From Girardia tigrina (Eukaryota), in assembly GCA_001938485.1 (NCBI GenBank), contig MQRK01228804.1, forward strand, positions 2,910 through 63,110: 60,201 nucleotides of DNA. The letters run 5' to 3'. The notes beneath the pieces are model-generated. The model did not search any database. It saw only the letters and a program-made list of their open reading frames with translations, and was not told the origin of the DNA. Position numbers and translations under genes: made by a program. Positions 1-13,086 of this stretch are shown in pieces (position 1 is the first letter of the stretch; each line of letters opens with the position of its first letter).

Positions 1-632
1 CGTAAGAGTAGCTTCTGCCATGTCTACCAGCAAAAATAAAATTATGTAATTATAACACACAAAAAGATATGGTGTCTATATTACGTGTTCTCAAATAGCT
101 GCCGCACCCTGTACATTTCGTTGTTTTTAATTATTTGTTGTACAAGAAAATTTGGAAACCTTGTAATTATGTTTGTATTTATTTTGGGTTATGTTTGCGT
201 TCATTTTTTTATATATTTCGTTGTATGTAAATGCCGTTTCCTATTCTGTTTCTGTGGATCGAAGTAATTTTAAATTTAATATAAAAAAAAAACAAAATGT
301 TATTGCATTTATCTATTTAAAACCTTAATTATTTTCATGAAATATTTTAATTAAGTTATCTTCAAAACTAAATTAACAAATAAATTATTCATATTAATTT
401 TTTTTATCAAATAAAATTTCAATTTGTTTTTAAGTGAGAAACGGCATTTAAAATTCTTTTGAATTTGTTCGATTTCATGAAACATTAATCCATAATAAAA
501 TTTTCAAGCAATATTTATTCTGTAATTTTGTTTAAACGAGTAATTAGCAGGATATGAATATTATTTGAAATAAAAATTTAAAATGGACCGAATCTTTTTC
601 TTTACGTCGTTTTATTTTAACTGATTCTCGAA

Positions 633-1055
633 ATGTGCGCTTTAAAACTCGTTATCAGTATCGTCAATTCTTTATTGATGATGATTGGAATTGTGCTTAC
701 GGTTATCGGTGCTCTATTACTCTGGCGAACGAATTTTTTTATGAAGAACATTTACGATATTGAAGCGCAATTTAAAAATTTCATAACTAAAATTAGAATC
801 TCATCAGCAAGTTCAGGTAGAATATTTTCATTGATGCAGCATAACGCAAATTCAATTGGAGCCATCGCATTTGGCGTTGGAATCGCGTTGATTGCTCTGG
901 CTATACTGAGCATCGTAGCGGTGCGTTGCTGTTCATTGAAGAAGATTCTGATTGTCTTAACCATTTTCTCGGTTCTATCTTGGGTTTGGAGTCGCGTGTC
1001 GGTTTCGCCGATTTTGTGGACCGCGAGTTCTCGGTCTTGAGGAAAACACAACAGT
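633..1055 (+). pseudogene. Tetraspanin-like N-terminal part (TM1-TM3), probably frameshifted or truncated
   Basis: MCALKLVISIVNSLLMMIGIVLTVIGALLLW resembles TM1 (C.K....N.L...G); GAIAFGVGIALIALAILSIVAVRCC resembles TM2; TM3 continues as ILGLE in another frame near 975; candidate donor GTATGT at ~1054; no EC2/TM4 exon found downstream. Confidence 0.6.
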
Positions 1056-1469
1056 ATGTATATAACACATGCCTGTATATTATCGTATTATATAACCTGT
1101 AATTATTTTATAAAATAAAAATATTCATTGGAAATATTCTGATGATTAAATTCATAACAAGTCATAGTTTTTGACATGAGGGTTCAGTTAGGGGAAGGGC
1201 GCTGAAAATAATCTGGCACAAAGGGCCTCTTACCCACGCGGCGGCCCTGCCTGTGGGGTAATGTATCTTGATGTATTACTCTTTTCGTGTTCGTTGAGAT
1301 GTGTGGTGTGTTTTTGATATTTATGTTGTGGTGGTTTGGGTTAGTGAGGTTGTCTTGTGACAACTGTAGTGTGTGGTATGTGGTTGTGTTGTGATGATTT
1401 TGAGTGGTGTGATTGTCTTGTTTTATTTGAGGTATGTAGGTTGTATAAAATATGTCTGGGAGCGGAATA

Positions 1470-2640
1470 CTTAAATTTGCTGCAATCAGAGATGTCTGGG
1501 ATTTATTTGATGCGAACTTGCGCTTGTACTACGAGTCAAGTGCTTCCTTAAATGTCGATAAGCAGTTATATTCTTATTGTGGTTATGTTCCTGGAAGGAC
1601 CTACATGCCATCAAAGCCTTCAAAATATGATATTAAAATAAAATGGATAAAATAAAAATAAAAATAAAATTAAAATAAAAAAAAATTTATTAAAATAAAA
1701 AGATATTAAATTAAAATGGATATGCACTGAAAGTGCTTCTGTATTCTGAGAAATAAGAATCTCGAGCTGTAGGAATAGCTCGAAAAATTGTTCTTGATCT
1801 CACCCAACCATACTTTGGTTCCAAAATAAATGCTTTTATGGAGCGCTATTTTACCTCGTTTGAATTCTTAGAAGAATTTCTGTCAAATGGACTCACTATA
1901 ACTGGGACAATCATCTCAAACCGGTATGCTGTGCCAAGTAATTTTAAGTGTCCATCAAAGAGAAATTCTGTCAACTAAGTTTTTGTGGAATCATGAAGCA
2001 AAATCAGTCTTGTGTTCTTATGTTCCCAAGAGGCACAAATACGTATTGATATTAAATTCTTTGCACATCAGCAACTCCATATCAAACCGTGACGATAAAA
2101 AAGCCACAAGTGATCATTTATTACAATTTGGACAAAGATAGGATTTGATGAATTGTTAAATTGAATATTTTAGTTGCAAATGAAAAACCAATAGATATCC
2201 GTTGCTTTTCTATTTCAACATTTTGGATGTATATTTGCTCAACTCGTTCATTATCTACAAAGGAAATGGTTTCACCCATGATAGGAAAACGTTCATCAAA
2301 CTGGTAATTTAGATTAATCTCAGTCGACTTGAGTTTGTTGAATTTTAAATTTATTTTCTAGGTTTCCGATCAAATTACCAGTAACCACATTGCCTCCAGA
2401 TCACAAAATAATACAATATATACTCAGAATAAGCAAAAGGTTTTGCAATATGGAATTAATCCCCCTTTAAATATCCAAGAAATTCAAATTTCTGGCCGGC
2501 CATGACAGTCAAGAAAAATGCAGAAAATGTACTCTGGTGACGTGTGGCATTTATTTCAAATATGTATGTAGTGATCATAAAGTTGTCAAAAGTAGTTGTT
2601 ATGATTGTTTATAGGTCAAAATAAAATTGTTTTACTTAAT
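1470..2640 (+). mobile_element. Degenerate piggyBac (PGBD4-like) transposase
   Basis: KFAAIRDVWDLF..VDKQL...YMPSKPSKYDIKIKW, IVLDLTQPYFGS..RYFTS, SYVPKRHKYVLILNSLH, RYPLLFYFNILDV and a Cys-rich C-terminus; multiple stops and frameshifts. Confidence 0.85.
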
Positions 2641-2719
2641 TTTCTGCTAAATAAAGCTTTATTTCATGGCTGTCTACAAGTGTATACAGGAGGCAGAAAT
2701 ATGATTGTTATTTACCAGC

Positions 2720-3560
2720 TAGATGAGGGTTAAAAATTATGTTCGCAAAAGTCTTATTGATCTGAGAGTCGATATAATTCTTGTTTTTGAAAAAACTCAA
2801 TTGTTATCTATACTGTTATCAGCAATAATGCCAATTAAATTGACCGTAGAAGCAATTCGCAGCAATAAAGCCACTTTATGTAGCACCGATATTTCCATAA
2901 AGTTAATGCTTGATGAATTACAAAAGCCAAATAATTTATTGAACAAAGATTTTAGTGAAGCTTTTATGTCACACATAAAATAAAGAAGATCAGCTTATTC
3001 TGATGTGCTACAATGATCTTCATAATTCAGATTTCATTTTTAATCAAGCCGAAAACTACGAATTATTTAATCAAAGCAATAAAAATAAGATTATAGAAAA
3101 ATTAATAGAATCATTTTATGATAGAAGTGAGGATGACAACGAACCTGAAAATTATGTTGATGAAGAAGTTGATATAAATTTAGTCCCTAACAGTACACTG
3201 CAAGCTGAGACGACTTTATCCACGAAGAAGAAACTTCAGTCAATTATAAATCAAAAACAAATATAAAGGAACCTGAAAGTCGACCTAAGTACAATAAAAC
3301 AAATAATAAATTAATTGAAGTAGTGAAAAGAGAAGTTCGATATTTTATTGAAGAACGAAAGAAGGGCTAATATTTTCAAACAGCTTTTGATTATTTAATG
3401 ACTGTACCATCTACAAGCGTTGAGTTCGAAAGGGCATTCTCTGCCGCAAGACAAATTCTAACAAAAATAAAATCCAGCTTACAGGATAAAAACCTGGGTA
3501 TATTATGTGTTTTGTGTTCATATTTTAATTCAGCACAGCAAAAAGAATGCTAACAAAAAA
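2720..3560 (+). mobile_element. hAT transposase remnant (C-terminal half with dimerisation domain)
   Basis: 3370-3525 reads AFDYLMTVPSTSVEFERAFSAARQILTKIKSSL, the hAT P.TS...ER.FS motif; upstream fragments broken by stops. Confidence 0.8.
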
Positions 3561-4079
3561 CCAATTGTCTTTTTATTACTATTAATAAGAAATTTTCCTA
3601 AATATTTCTTGGTTTCAATATTTTTTATATCCATAATACTAAAAAAATCATATTTTCCGGAAAATTTACAGTCCCGAGTGATAATGAAAATTCAATTTGA
3701 CCTTTAATTCATGAATTATGTTCTATAATAAATTTAAACCTTCGGATATGTCAAATTATATTTCAATATTATTTATTATATTTGATTTTGTTTAGGTCTT
3801 ATTAGTTAATTATATTGGGAAACCACAACATTTGGAGTAAACCAGTTTACTTAGTCTAACGATTTCGACGGTATATTCAGCCGTACCTTATTATAACAAA
3901 CATCGTAATAAATTAAAAGTGATTAGAAAATTCAAAATTTCGATTTGAAATACATAATGATATCCTCAGATATTCAGTGGATACTCTGAGCTAGAGTCAC
4001 TGTGTAGAACATATTTATCCTATATAGAGATTTATTAGGCAGCTGGTACATCTGCTGTGACTGAGTTATATAGATTAAT

Positions 4080-6050
4080 TGTCGCCGCATTTGACACCAA
4101 TTAGTTATTTTCGCCGTTGTTGTGTTTTCTCCAAGTCGTGGCAGAATATTTGACGTTGGAGATTCAATACATTTTTGTAAGATTTTTTTTCGTGATATCA
4201 GAGAGGTTGAGTTTCCTGAGCAGCGTGTTATTGTCATGGAGCCTAGATGCTAAACAGCCCTCGACAATGGTGCTTAATATTACAGTCCAACCTTTATACG
4301 CAGCTTTAGCTTCCTTCTTTAGATCTTTATATTTTTTTCTTGTTATCGTCCCTGGCTGTTTTAAATGCTTTAGCTGTGTGATAAGGTTTTATATATCAAT
4401 GAGCCAGAGTTCTTTCGTCCCATGGTTATATATTTGGAGATCAAACCGACTTTTAGACACAGACCATTCAGCTTCCTGATCCATTTTGATTTCAAGAATT
4501 GGCTTTTCTGTTAGCAGATCATCTCTGACAATATGTACAACTGATTTATGTCTTGCTTGTATCAGAGCGCCGTTATATTTACACCAACAGAGAACGTGGA
4601 TTTGAGTTTCCACATCCTCTACAAATTGATTCTTCCCGTTATTTCTTTGACCTGAACTTGGTTGGCAAGCTGTTGGTTCTAGCACTGTTTAGGAAGCCCA
4701 TTCTTCGATAGATACGGATTCATTATATATGATATTGGAGCTGAATTTGTGTTACATAAGTGAGGTTGCTAATATTCAAGCTATTTAGGTGATGTTCACC
4801 CAAATAATTCTATTATGCCTGTCAGACGTTTGGAAACGCTGTAAGTGAAATGACGGCAGATTAAATAAGTTGAAATTCGAGGTTATGTAATATTTATTTG
4901 GAATGTTATAACAAACTCGTTACATTTAAATTTTTTCGTAAATAATTAATAGCAACAATAAATATTGAAAAGATTTTCCTGGAAAAATACACAGATCAAA
5001 AACTGAAAATAGAAAAAAATTTACAAGTTTTTTCATTAATTAATATAACAAAAAAAGTTTTTTCTTTGATTCAAGATATTGTTGACATTTGAGTTTTAAT
5101 TTCTGGTTGAATAAAATGGTTGATAAATTGATTGTTGATTGATTTGATTTTTAGTTTGTTGGGCAGTGACAACGAACGCAACACCAGTCATCCTCTGTTT
5201 ACTCTATTTATGGAATTTCAATCTGTTATAAAGTCTATGTATGTAAATGATAATTTGTCGATCAACTGTTCACCCATAATCATTTTTTCAATAGGTGTGT
5301 GGATTTTTCAAGAGTTACCTAGTTCATTAATCACGAGCTGTATCTGTAAACCAATTGTCTTCAAATATTTAATTGAATTTCTGATTTTCGTCCAATATGA
5401 CTTGAAACCGTTTTCTTTTTCACACGAGTTGATCAAGTCAAGAGAATCACAGAGCGTCCAGTCACTTTTGGTTTCATGATACCTGTCTAAAGTGTTGTAG
5501 AGATTGATGGTGAGTTAGGTGATGTTTCATCAGAACACACCATATTTCTGTACGCTTGTATTATTGACTGCATTGAGTACACATCGCGGGCAGAAACTAA
5601 TCCTAAACCCCTTGTTCTTTGTCGGTGTAGCTATCAACAACAGTATCATATATATATATATATATATATATNNNNNNNNNNNNNNNNNNNNNNNNNNNNN
5701 NNNNNNNNNNNNNNNNNNNNNATATATATATTACTATCTTTATTCGCCAACTCAGTTGTGACATGGCTCGACCATTTGCGGAGACACATGAAAAAGAAAC
5801 TATCAAAATCGATTTAGTGAGCAGAAACAAATTACAGGACCTCAAAGCATCGGTCGATGACACTTACGCACGAAAGTAACATACTCTATATGTGACAAAT
5901 GCAATCCATTCACCTGTCCAAATCATCAACATGTCACTAAGGCTTATCTGTGCCCCTACTGCTAAAATACTATTATTGATGCCGATGCCTGAATAGTGGA
6001 GCGAATCAAGTAATACGAGTAAACATTTAACCTGATCCATCCTGGGCGTA
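4080..6050 (-). mobile_element. Decayed non-LTR retrotransposon of the restriction-like endonuclease group (R2/NeSL/Utopia-like): RT end, zinc knuckle, RLE
   Basis: Minus strand: DALRSCNLFLLTK; YTDKEQG-GLVSARDVYSMQSIIQAY (RT thumb GGLG region); ETQIHVLCWC...RHKSVV (CCHC + RH); RFDLQI...LIDIK..AFKTAR..KKKYKDL (PD-(D/E)xK RLE). Interrupted by an AT-rich insert (~4760-5130), a (TA)n run and a gap. Confidence 0.75.
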
Positions 6051-9000
6051 ATTGTAACCGATGTGAGAGTCGATTTTTTTGATCGCCGGGTCGTCCTCTT
6101 TGTTTCGGTAGTGAAAGGATGGATGAAATTTATCAACATCAAAAAAAAGGAAATCGAGTGATTTAAGATTTTTTTATTAAAACACAACAAGTATGGTTTA
6201 CATTCTTTGTTCAGGTTGCATTACGATTCGAAATTTTATTTTTGCTCATTTAATCTGTTTAAACAAAATTTAATTTTTGAATTTTTTAAATAGTTAAGGA
6301 TTTTAGTTTTTTGAATAATACATTTTATATTGATTTTATGTAGTGATTTCTATTATAATTTTTATGTTGTTCAGTTAGTCTTTACAATAACTATATTGTT
6401 TCCTTACTTTTGACAGTACTGTGTGTTAATGAATGTGTTATTTTTCAAAAATTTTGGATAATCAATTAGATTAAATTTTATTCATTACTATCTTTTGTGA
6501 CTCCTGCTTTTGAAATTGAGGAGTAAAGAAGAACATTTTGTGACGTGTTGGTTACCAACTAGTAATTCGTATCTAATTTTAAACAGAAACTAAAAAAACT
6601 CGTCAAGAGTCTGATAGTCAAATATGGGTCAATATACACATGCTTTTGTAAAAGTAGGAAAATAAATGTTGTGTACCGCGATTTTACGTAAATAAGAGCA
6701 TGAGCTTGTTTTAGTTTTTATGGTCGGGGTGCGCTTATTTTCCGAAAATGCTGGTACATGGAGTTATAATGACTTGAAATTGTTTTGTAACATTTTGTTA
6801 CATCGCGGAATGATAAGAGTTAAACCAATTAATTCCGGTTGATCACTAGTGCGCATTCGCTTTCTGGAAGCGCCTAATTTGCATTGTTGCACAGACGAAC
6901 TTTGTGTTGCTCATAACCGCTATGAAGAAGACTTTGCTTCTTTGAAACATCTGAAATACTAACTCATTCTTTAATTTATTTTAAAATTGACGATAAAACT
7001 CGAAGTTGTATCGTGTTTCGAGAAATCATCATTGAACACAAATTTAATCAAAATTAATTGTAAACTTCTGTAAAAAACGAAACTTTATTGAATTGAAATG
7101 TACCTCAGCAAATGAAATGTACGCAACTTTAATTGTCGCACATCTATTTCAGATTGACTTTATTATTTAAATTACAACTAATTGATAATTTACATTTCGA
7201 TGAACTTTCCAACTGAGTTAAACAGCCAAATGAGCAGTAAATACACATGACTTAGTAATGGCATCGAGTTAACCAATAAAACAAATTAGCCGATAAAGGC
7301 TTAACGAAATTACACTATATATATATATACATATTATATTTATATAGTCTTTTTCACCCATGTATTTTTTTCACATAATCAAATAATCAAATTAGAATAG
7401 TAAATACAGTCTACTCCGGCTAATACAAACACTGAAAAATTTCCCTACGTTTTCTAACATAAGTTTCACTGGCGAAAATTAAAACTAAAAACTAGCAAAA
7501 CCAAAAAGTGAACGACTTTAAGAAAATTGTCACAATAGATACCTTATCTATTCCGTATAGTACATAATTGCAAAATATATATTGCGAACTTAAAGTCAAT
7601 GCATTTAAAGTAATTTTCAAGTCAATAAAGTCATTTTTTTATTTCTAATAAACATGCATAAAAATAAAAATTCAGCTGCTAAACAGGCTTTTTTATTATT
7701 GCTAGCAACTTGTTTTAGGTCTACTTTCTCTTTTTGGCCAATTCGAACAGTTACTTGGATTATTCGATTTCCGACTTAACTGAACATTTTGTGAGTTTGA
7801 ATTAGCCGGTATATTATAGAAATTCAGACTAACAATAAAAGGGAAACCGAATAAAAAGTTCTTTACCAAGAGAAAAATACTACAATCGACACCGCTTACA
7901 ACGGATAATCGTTCATACCGGATGTTTTGAGGCCGGCACTTTCTATACTATATACATACAGATAGCTTTCATTTACACGGGATTTTAAAATAAATGTTTA
8001 TTAAAAGTTATATAATTTCTGTCGATTTACCGGGCTTTTTATCTCATGTGACATGGTATCCACTGTGTATGTATCATTGGTTTCAAGTTATATTTTTGAT
8101 TTAAGAAATGATTTACGGCAAACATTGTCAATAAATTATTGAAATACAATTTTTGCAATAATAATACGAAAACTTTTATACATTTTAATTTTGTTATTTT
8201 AAATATAATTTCACAATTGCATACCATTTCTGTTTGCTTTAATTGGCAATTATTTGAACACAATTCATCAAATTAAAAGGTAATGTTTTGATAAATCATT
8301 TTAACAAATAAGAAACACAAATATAAAAAAGGCATATGTAGTTTTCTTTTATAAGAAAAATTCTGAGTATTAATTCAATATTTCTTAGCAATGTCAAGGT
8401 AAAAGCAAACGCCACACACAAAAGAAAGCTTGCGTTCAAAAATATGGACAAAACATACCACAGTTCACAGAATTGAATGATTACATTTTCAAACAGATTT
8501 AACAAACAGGAATTTGAGTGCTTAATGAAACCGCAAATATCGGAAATGTAACTGAATCGAGAGATGTAACAGGTGTGTATCTTAAAAGCGTGTAAAGAAC
8601 AATACAAGAATACCTATGTAATTATTAAATAATTCTAATTAAATAATTTAGATGAGTAATAATTTGATAAAATCAAGGGAAGTTTATATTTTATATTAGG
8701 AAATGATCTTCTATTGATATAACCGAAGATAAGATTGATAATCCATAAATACTAACAACCACTCGTCGAATCTTAAACAATATGGTTGAAGTAGTTACAA
8801 CACAAAGTACCAATTAACTGTATTTTAAAATAAAAGTCCATAATTTGTAGTTTTCTGAAAAAGAATTTGTACCTAAAAAGAAATGTGAAAGATGACACTC
8901 CCTATCTAGTTCTAAATTTATTTTCTCTGATCTATTTATAAAATATTCAATGATTATTTATAACAATCTATTATTAACGTTGTTTCATTTATCGATAATG

Positions 9001-9215
9001 TTTTGATTAATTGCTTATTCCTTTAAATACTAGAACCTTACCAAATATAGGCCTCCAAAGTTAAGGTATAAAGTTTTTCTGGTAGTCCAGAGGTTCTCAA
9101 CAACAATTTTATCTTACGGGACACATGATGACCCGAAAAAATTAACATTTTAAAAGATATAATTGTAAGATTGAAATAACAAATTGAATTTTAAGAGGTA
9201 TGTAGATTAAGAATA

Positions 9216-10083
9216 CGTGGTGCGAACAATAAGTCGTGAGTCTAATATAAGAAACTTAAGATATCAACACAACATGAAAAATCGTAGGAGGGAAATCAAG
9301 GCTGTGTGGTGGTTGGATGGCACTAATTGAGTCCGCAATGCTCAATTATGGCCATGGAAATGCTGCTGGTGTGAATGGGTGCATAATCGTGTAAAAAATA
9401 GAGATCATACATTCGTGCCTTCCATACTGCACAACGCTGGAGTATTGAGAACTATTGATCTTAACGCCGGATTCAGTAAAGTCAATCAGAATAATGCCAT
9501 TAGAGTCACAAACGACCTTCAGAATGACAGTCTTTCGGTGAAAACCGCATTTTTTTAGATACAGAGACATATAGGGACAATGGTGCATCATCCACAATGA
9601 TGATGATATCAATAATAATATCTCCAACATATTCAGAACGGCATTGATCACATTTAGACTGGTTTTGAGCTCTCTCATCGTTATGCTTTGCTAGTTTTGC
9701 AAGATTGTCAGCAGTTTTTGCGTTATCTTTTGCACAATTACAGAGGATCTTTCAGATCTTTCTTTGTCCACAACGGAAGATCTACTCTAAAAATAATTGA
9801 AATAACTACAAATTGTTGCAATATTTGGGCACTCTTGTTTGTAAACAGCTTTTAGTTCAGAAAGAACCTCTTCTCTATTTTTCCTTTCAGAAAGGGAATA
9901 ACGCTACGATATTGAATAGTTTTCAGTGGCATTTTTCGAATATTCGCAAAAATTGACTTAAAGAACAATGGACTATTAAAACAAAATACATTTTCTTAAC
10001 CTATATATATATATATATATATATATATCTGTATCAACTTTTTACTATCTATATTAGTCTCACGATTTATTGAGCGCACCACG
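9216..10083 (-). mobile_element. Internally deleted mariner element
   Basis: TIRs cgtggtgcgaacaataagtcgtgagtcta / tagtctcacgatttattgagcgcaccacg with TA on both sides; minus-strand MPLKTIQYRSVIPFL...ELKAVYKQECP and KVVCDSNGIILIDF transposase pieces. Confidence 0.88.
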
Positions 10084-10088
10084 TATGA

Positions 10089-10160
10089 AAACACATGAGA
10101 ATATATTAAATCCATTTCAAGTTTATGATCTGAACACATGAGAATATATTAAATCCATTT
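10089..10160. repeat. Direct duplication of ~29 bp (aacacatgagaatatattaaatccatttc)
   Basis: Two exact copies separated by ~14 bp, immediately beside the mariner TIR. Confidence 0.85.
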
Positions 10161-11479
10161 CTGATGAAAGTTGAAACAATCATAAGTATGATTTTTAAAT
10201 GTAAATTATTTCGAGAAAATAATTAGGATACACAAAATAATATTATTTAAGCTGGCATTATTTTATTAGTTTAACTACTCAACGTAAATCAACTAGAAAC
10301 ATGATACGGAAATTTGAATAAATTTTAAGTTACTGTACTTGTTAAAACACTTGAGTTGTTAACTTAATTGTTAAAATCTTGGTAAAAGCTAAAACAAAAA
10401 TATTTTTGTAATGCATCAAAATATTTAACGTATATAATTCGGTTCATAAAAAGAACCTTTATCATAGAATTGATACTTATTTAACATGTACGAAAATTGA
10501 AGATCATAGAAATAAAGCTCAAATTTCGTTACTATTAGATAAAATGAAGCTCCATTTAGGGGTTAAGTTTAGGGATTAAGGGTCGCCTTATAGACCGAAA
10601 TATACGGTTATAAACACTCAGAATACATATAATCAGATTTACTCTTTAAAGAGAAAAGTAATTTATTTATAATTAGTAAAAAATACTAAAATGAACAACA
10701 CATCCCACAATGTAGACCAATTCATAGTAGCATAATAAATCTTATGAAACTCTTATTAAATTAGGATATTTCAAACGCTAAATAATTTGGACTTAAAAAT
10801 GCATAAGCTATCATAATTTTTTTGAAAGCGGATCAGAACTTGTTATTATGTCAGTATTTCGGTAAACACATTTACTTTCAATGACCATAAAATTTACCAC
10901 ATTAAAAACTCAGAATTGCATAAAAATATCACCTGTTAAGATAACAATTATGTACCCTCCTAATTCGTTACAAAGATTACTGCTAATGTATACAATTGAG
11001 ATTAAAACATGCAAAGTGTCCAACAAAATTAAAAAAATATGAATAGAAGAATTTGTTAAAAGATTGTAATAATAGTTACACACAATGAAACATTGGTGGT
11101 AATTCCATTTAAATAGTAAAAAACTTAAAAATTTTATATTAAAGAAACCAATTTATAGTTTTAGGTTTGTAATATTTACGAAATTGTGCCTAAACTCGAC
11201 AAATATGGTTGAGTGATTCTTAATATATTAAAATATATTTTTTAAACATTATTATTTAAACGCTCTTTCATGACTGCTTAATGAAGCACTCTATATCTCA
11301 CTATTTTATATTTTCTATAATATTATTAGATATTTTTTAAAAATTTGAATAGCTTATGTGTTAGAACTGAATCAATTCTGTTACATGTTCTCTAAGTAAA
11401 TATATAAATTTCACCAATCAACAAATTTAATCTTTTTACCTCTTTCTTTTATGAAAATCATTTTCCCCGCACTAAATCG

Positions 11480-11715
11480 GACTTGCTGATTACGAAATCC
11501 ACTATAACTTTCTTCCCAGAACCTCTAGTTTGTCTTCTACAGCTACTACTACTACAACTTTATATGATAACATTTATTTAGTTACAAATTTCATGCTATA
11601 CACAAACTAGAGGTCCTTGACAAAAATGAAGTTCAGATTCATGATCAGCGCATTCAAATTAGCTAGAAACAAGCAGTGTCAAACAGGAAACAAAACTTGT
11701 GTTTATCAGTGTTAT
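11480..11715. mobile_element. Degenerate inverted-repeat MITE-like remnant
   Basis: gctgattacgaaatc...agaacctctagtttgt pairs imperfectly with acaaactagaggtcc...gattcatgatcagc. Confidence 0.5.
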
Positions 11716-12493
11716 ATTAATCTCATTTCATACCCAATATGAATTTGTATATTTTCTATCAGTTAATATTTTACGTTTTGGATAATTGGGCAAACAATCT
11801 TAGTGCATTGAATTAAACACCAATAAGAACTTGAAATAATTTCCTGGTATATGCAACAATATCATGCATTAATAATCCGGTTAAAAGTTTGGCAATTTTG
11901 AGACGGTTAAAATATAAATTAAGGATTAAAATTCCATTCCCATTGAGATATTTTATGACTTCAAAATTAAACTATCAATTAAAACAGACACAAAACATTT
12001 TTTCAAAATTAGATAAGGAATTCTGAATCTTCAGAAAAAGGATAACAAGCCCTTCTGAATGATGAATTCAATTATCTTTATCTTTACACAAGTTATATTT
12101 TAATACATTTGTTGCATGCATATACTTTAAACATTAATGAATTTAACCGCTGTTAATTTAATTTTTGTCATATAATTCAGAGTAGACAGTAACTAGGTAA
12201 TTTAAATCGCATCTTTCAATATTCCCGCTATAATTAGAATTACATTCTTAATCAAATTTATTACGATGAAAAAAAAACTAACAGAAATAATTTATACAAA
12301 AATTGTCTTATTGAAAGTAATTACAAAGTGGTAGTAAAATAAGATGCTACGAATAATTGTACGAAGATTTTTCTATCTTGAGAAATATATTTTTTTTGAA
12401 TTGGAAATTTAAATATTTTTATAAACGACATTAAAATAATTGCAATTGAAATAAACTATAATTTTAAAATGACACACATAATTATCCAGATAT

Positions 12494-13086
12494 TTAATAT
12501 CCAGGATATTGGGGTCTGGGAGGAAATGGAGGTCGTCCTCTGTACAGAGGTTGACCTAGCGGCGGTTGTTGGTAATAACCGTGGAAATTATTTCCGAAAT
12601 TTTGACCAGGGGCTTGAGAATTCATTGCCGGTCGCGTTTGTCCAGGATGAGGATTTACCGGTCGCAAATTGGAACTGGGATTCATTGAATACGGATTGGA
12701 TTGCAATTGATTGTTTGACGAAGAGAAATTGCGAGAATTTTCTTCCATTGAAATAGCTTGCTCAGAAACATTCGGTCTGAATTGTGACTGCATTAATGTA
12801 TCCAATGCTTGTTGTACTTTCGGATTTAAGCCCATATTGTTCTTTGATGCAGAAGAGTTAGACTCATTATACGAGTTGTAAGGTTCAACATTTCCTAAAT
12901 CTGCTGAATCACCAATTATTGACGCTGATTGATTGGAAACAGGTTTTAAAATATTTAATATTTTCGAGTGTAATTGAGTTTGATGTTGGATTACTTTTTC
13001 ATCGCGCACTGGCTGATTTCCAGGCGCCATTGACATTTTAGATGACACATTGTTTGATATTGATTCAATCGGGATGCCTGGAATCG
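12494..13086 (-). CDS. NCOA5: NCOA5 exon 7 (last coding exon)
   Basis: Acceptor TTTTGCAG; [23 protein letters not shown]-rich tail ending TAA. Confidence 0.88.

Noticed and set aside
3855-3895. Possible hammerhead on the minus strand (acggc..accgtcGAAA)
   Set aside because: The CUGANGA box is missing.
6840-6960. Pogo-like RKRMRT fragment
   Set aside because: Too short and degenerate to support a call.
10553-10585. Telomeric TTAGGG-like motifs
   Set aside because: Only two or three degenerate, non-tandem units.
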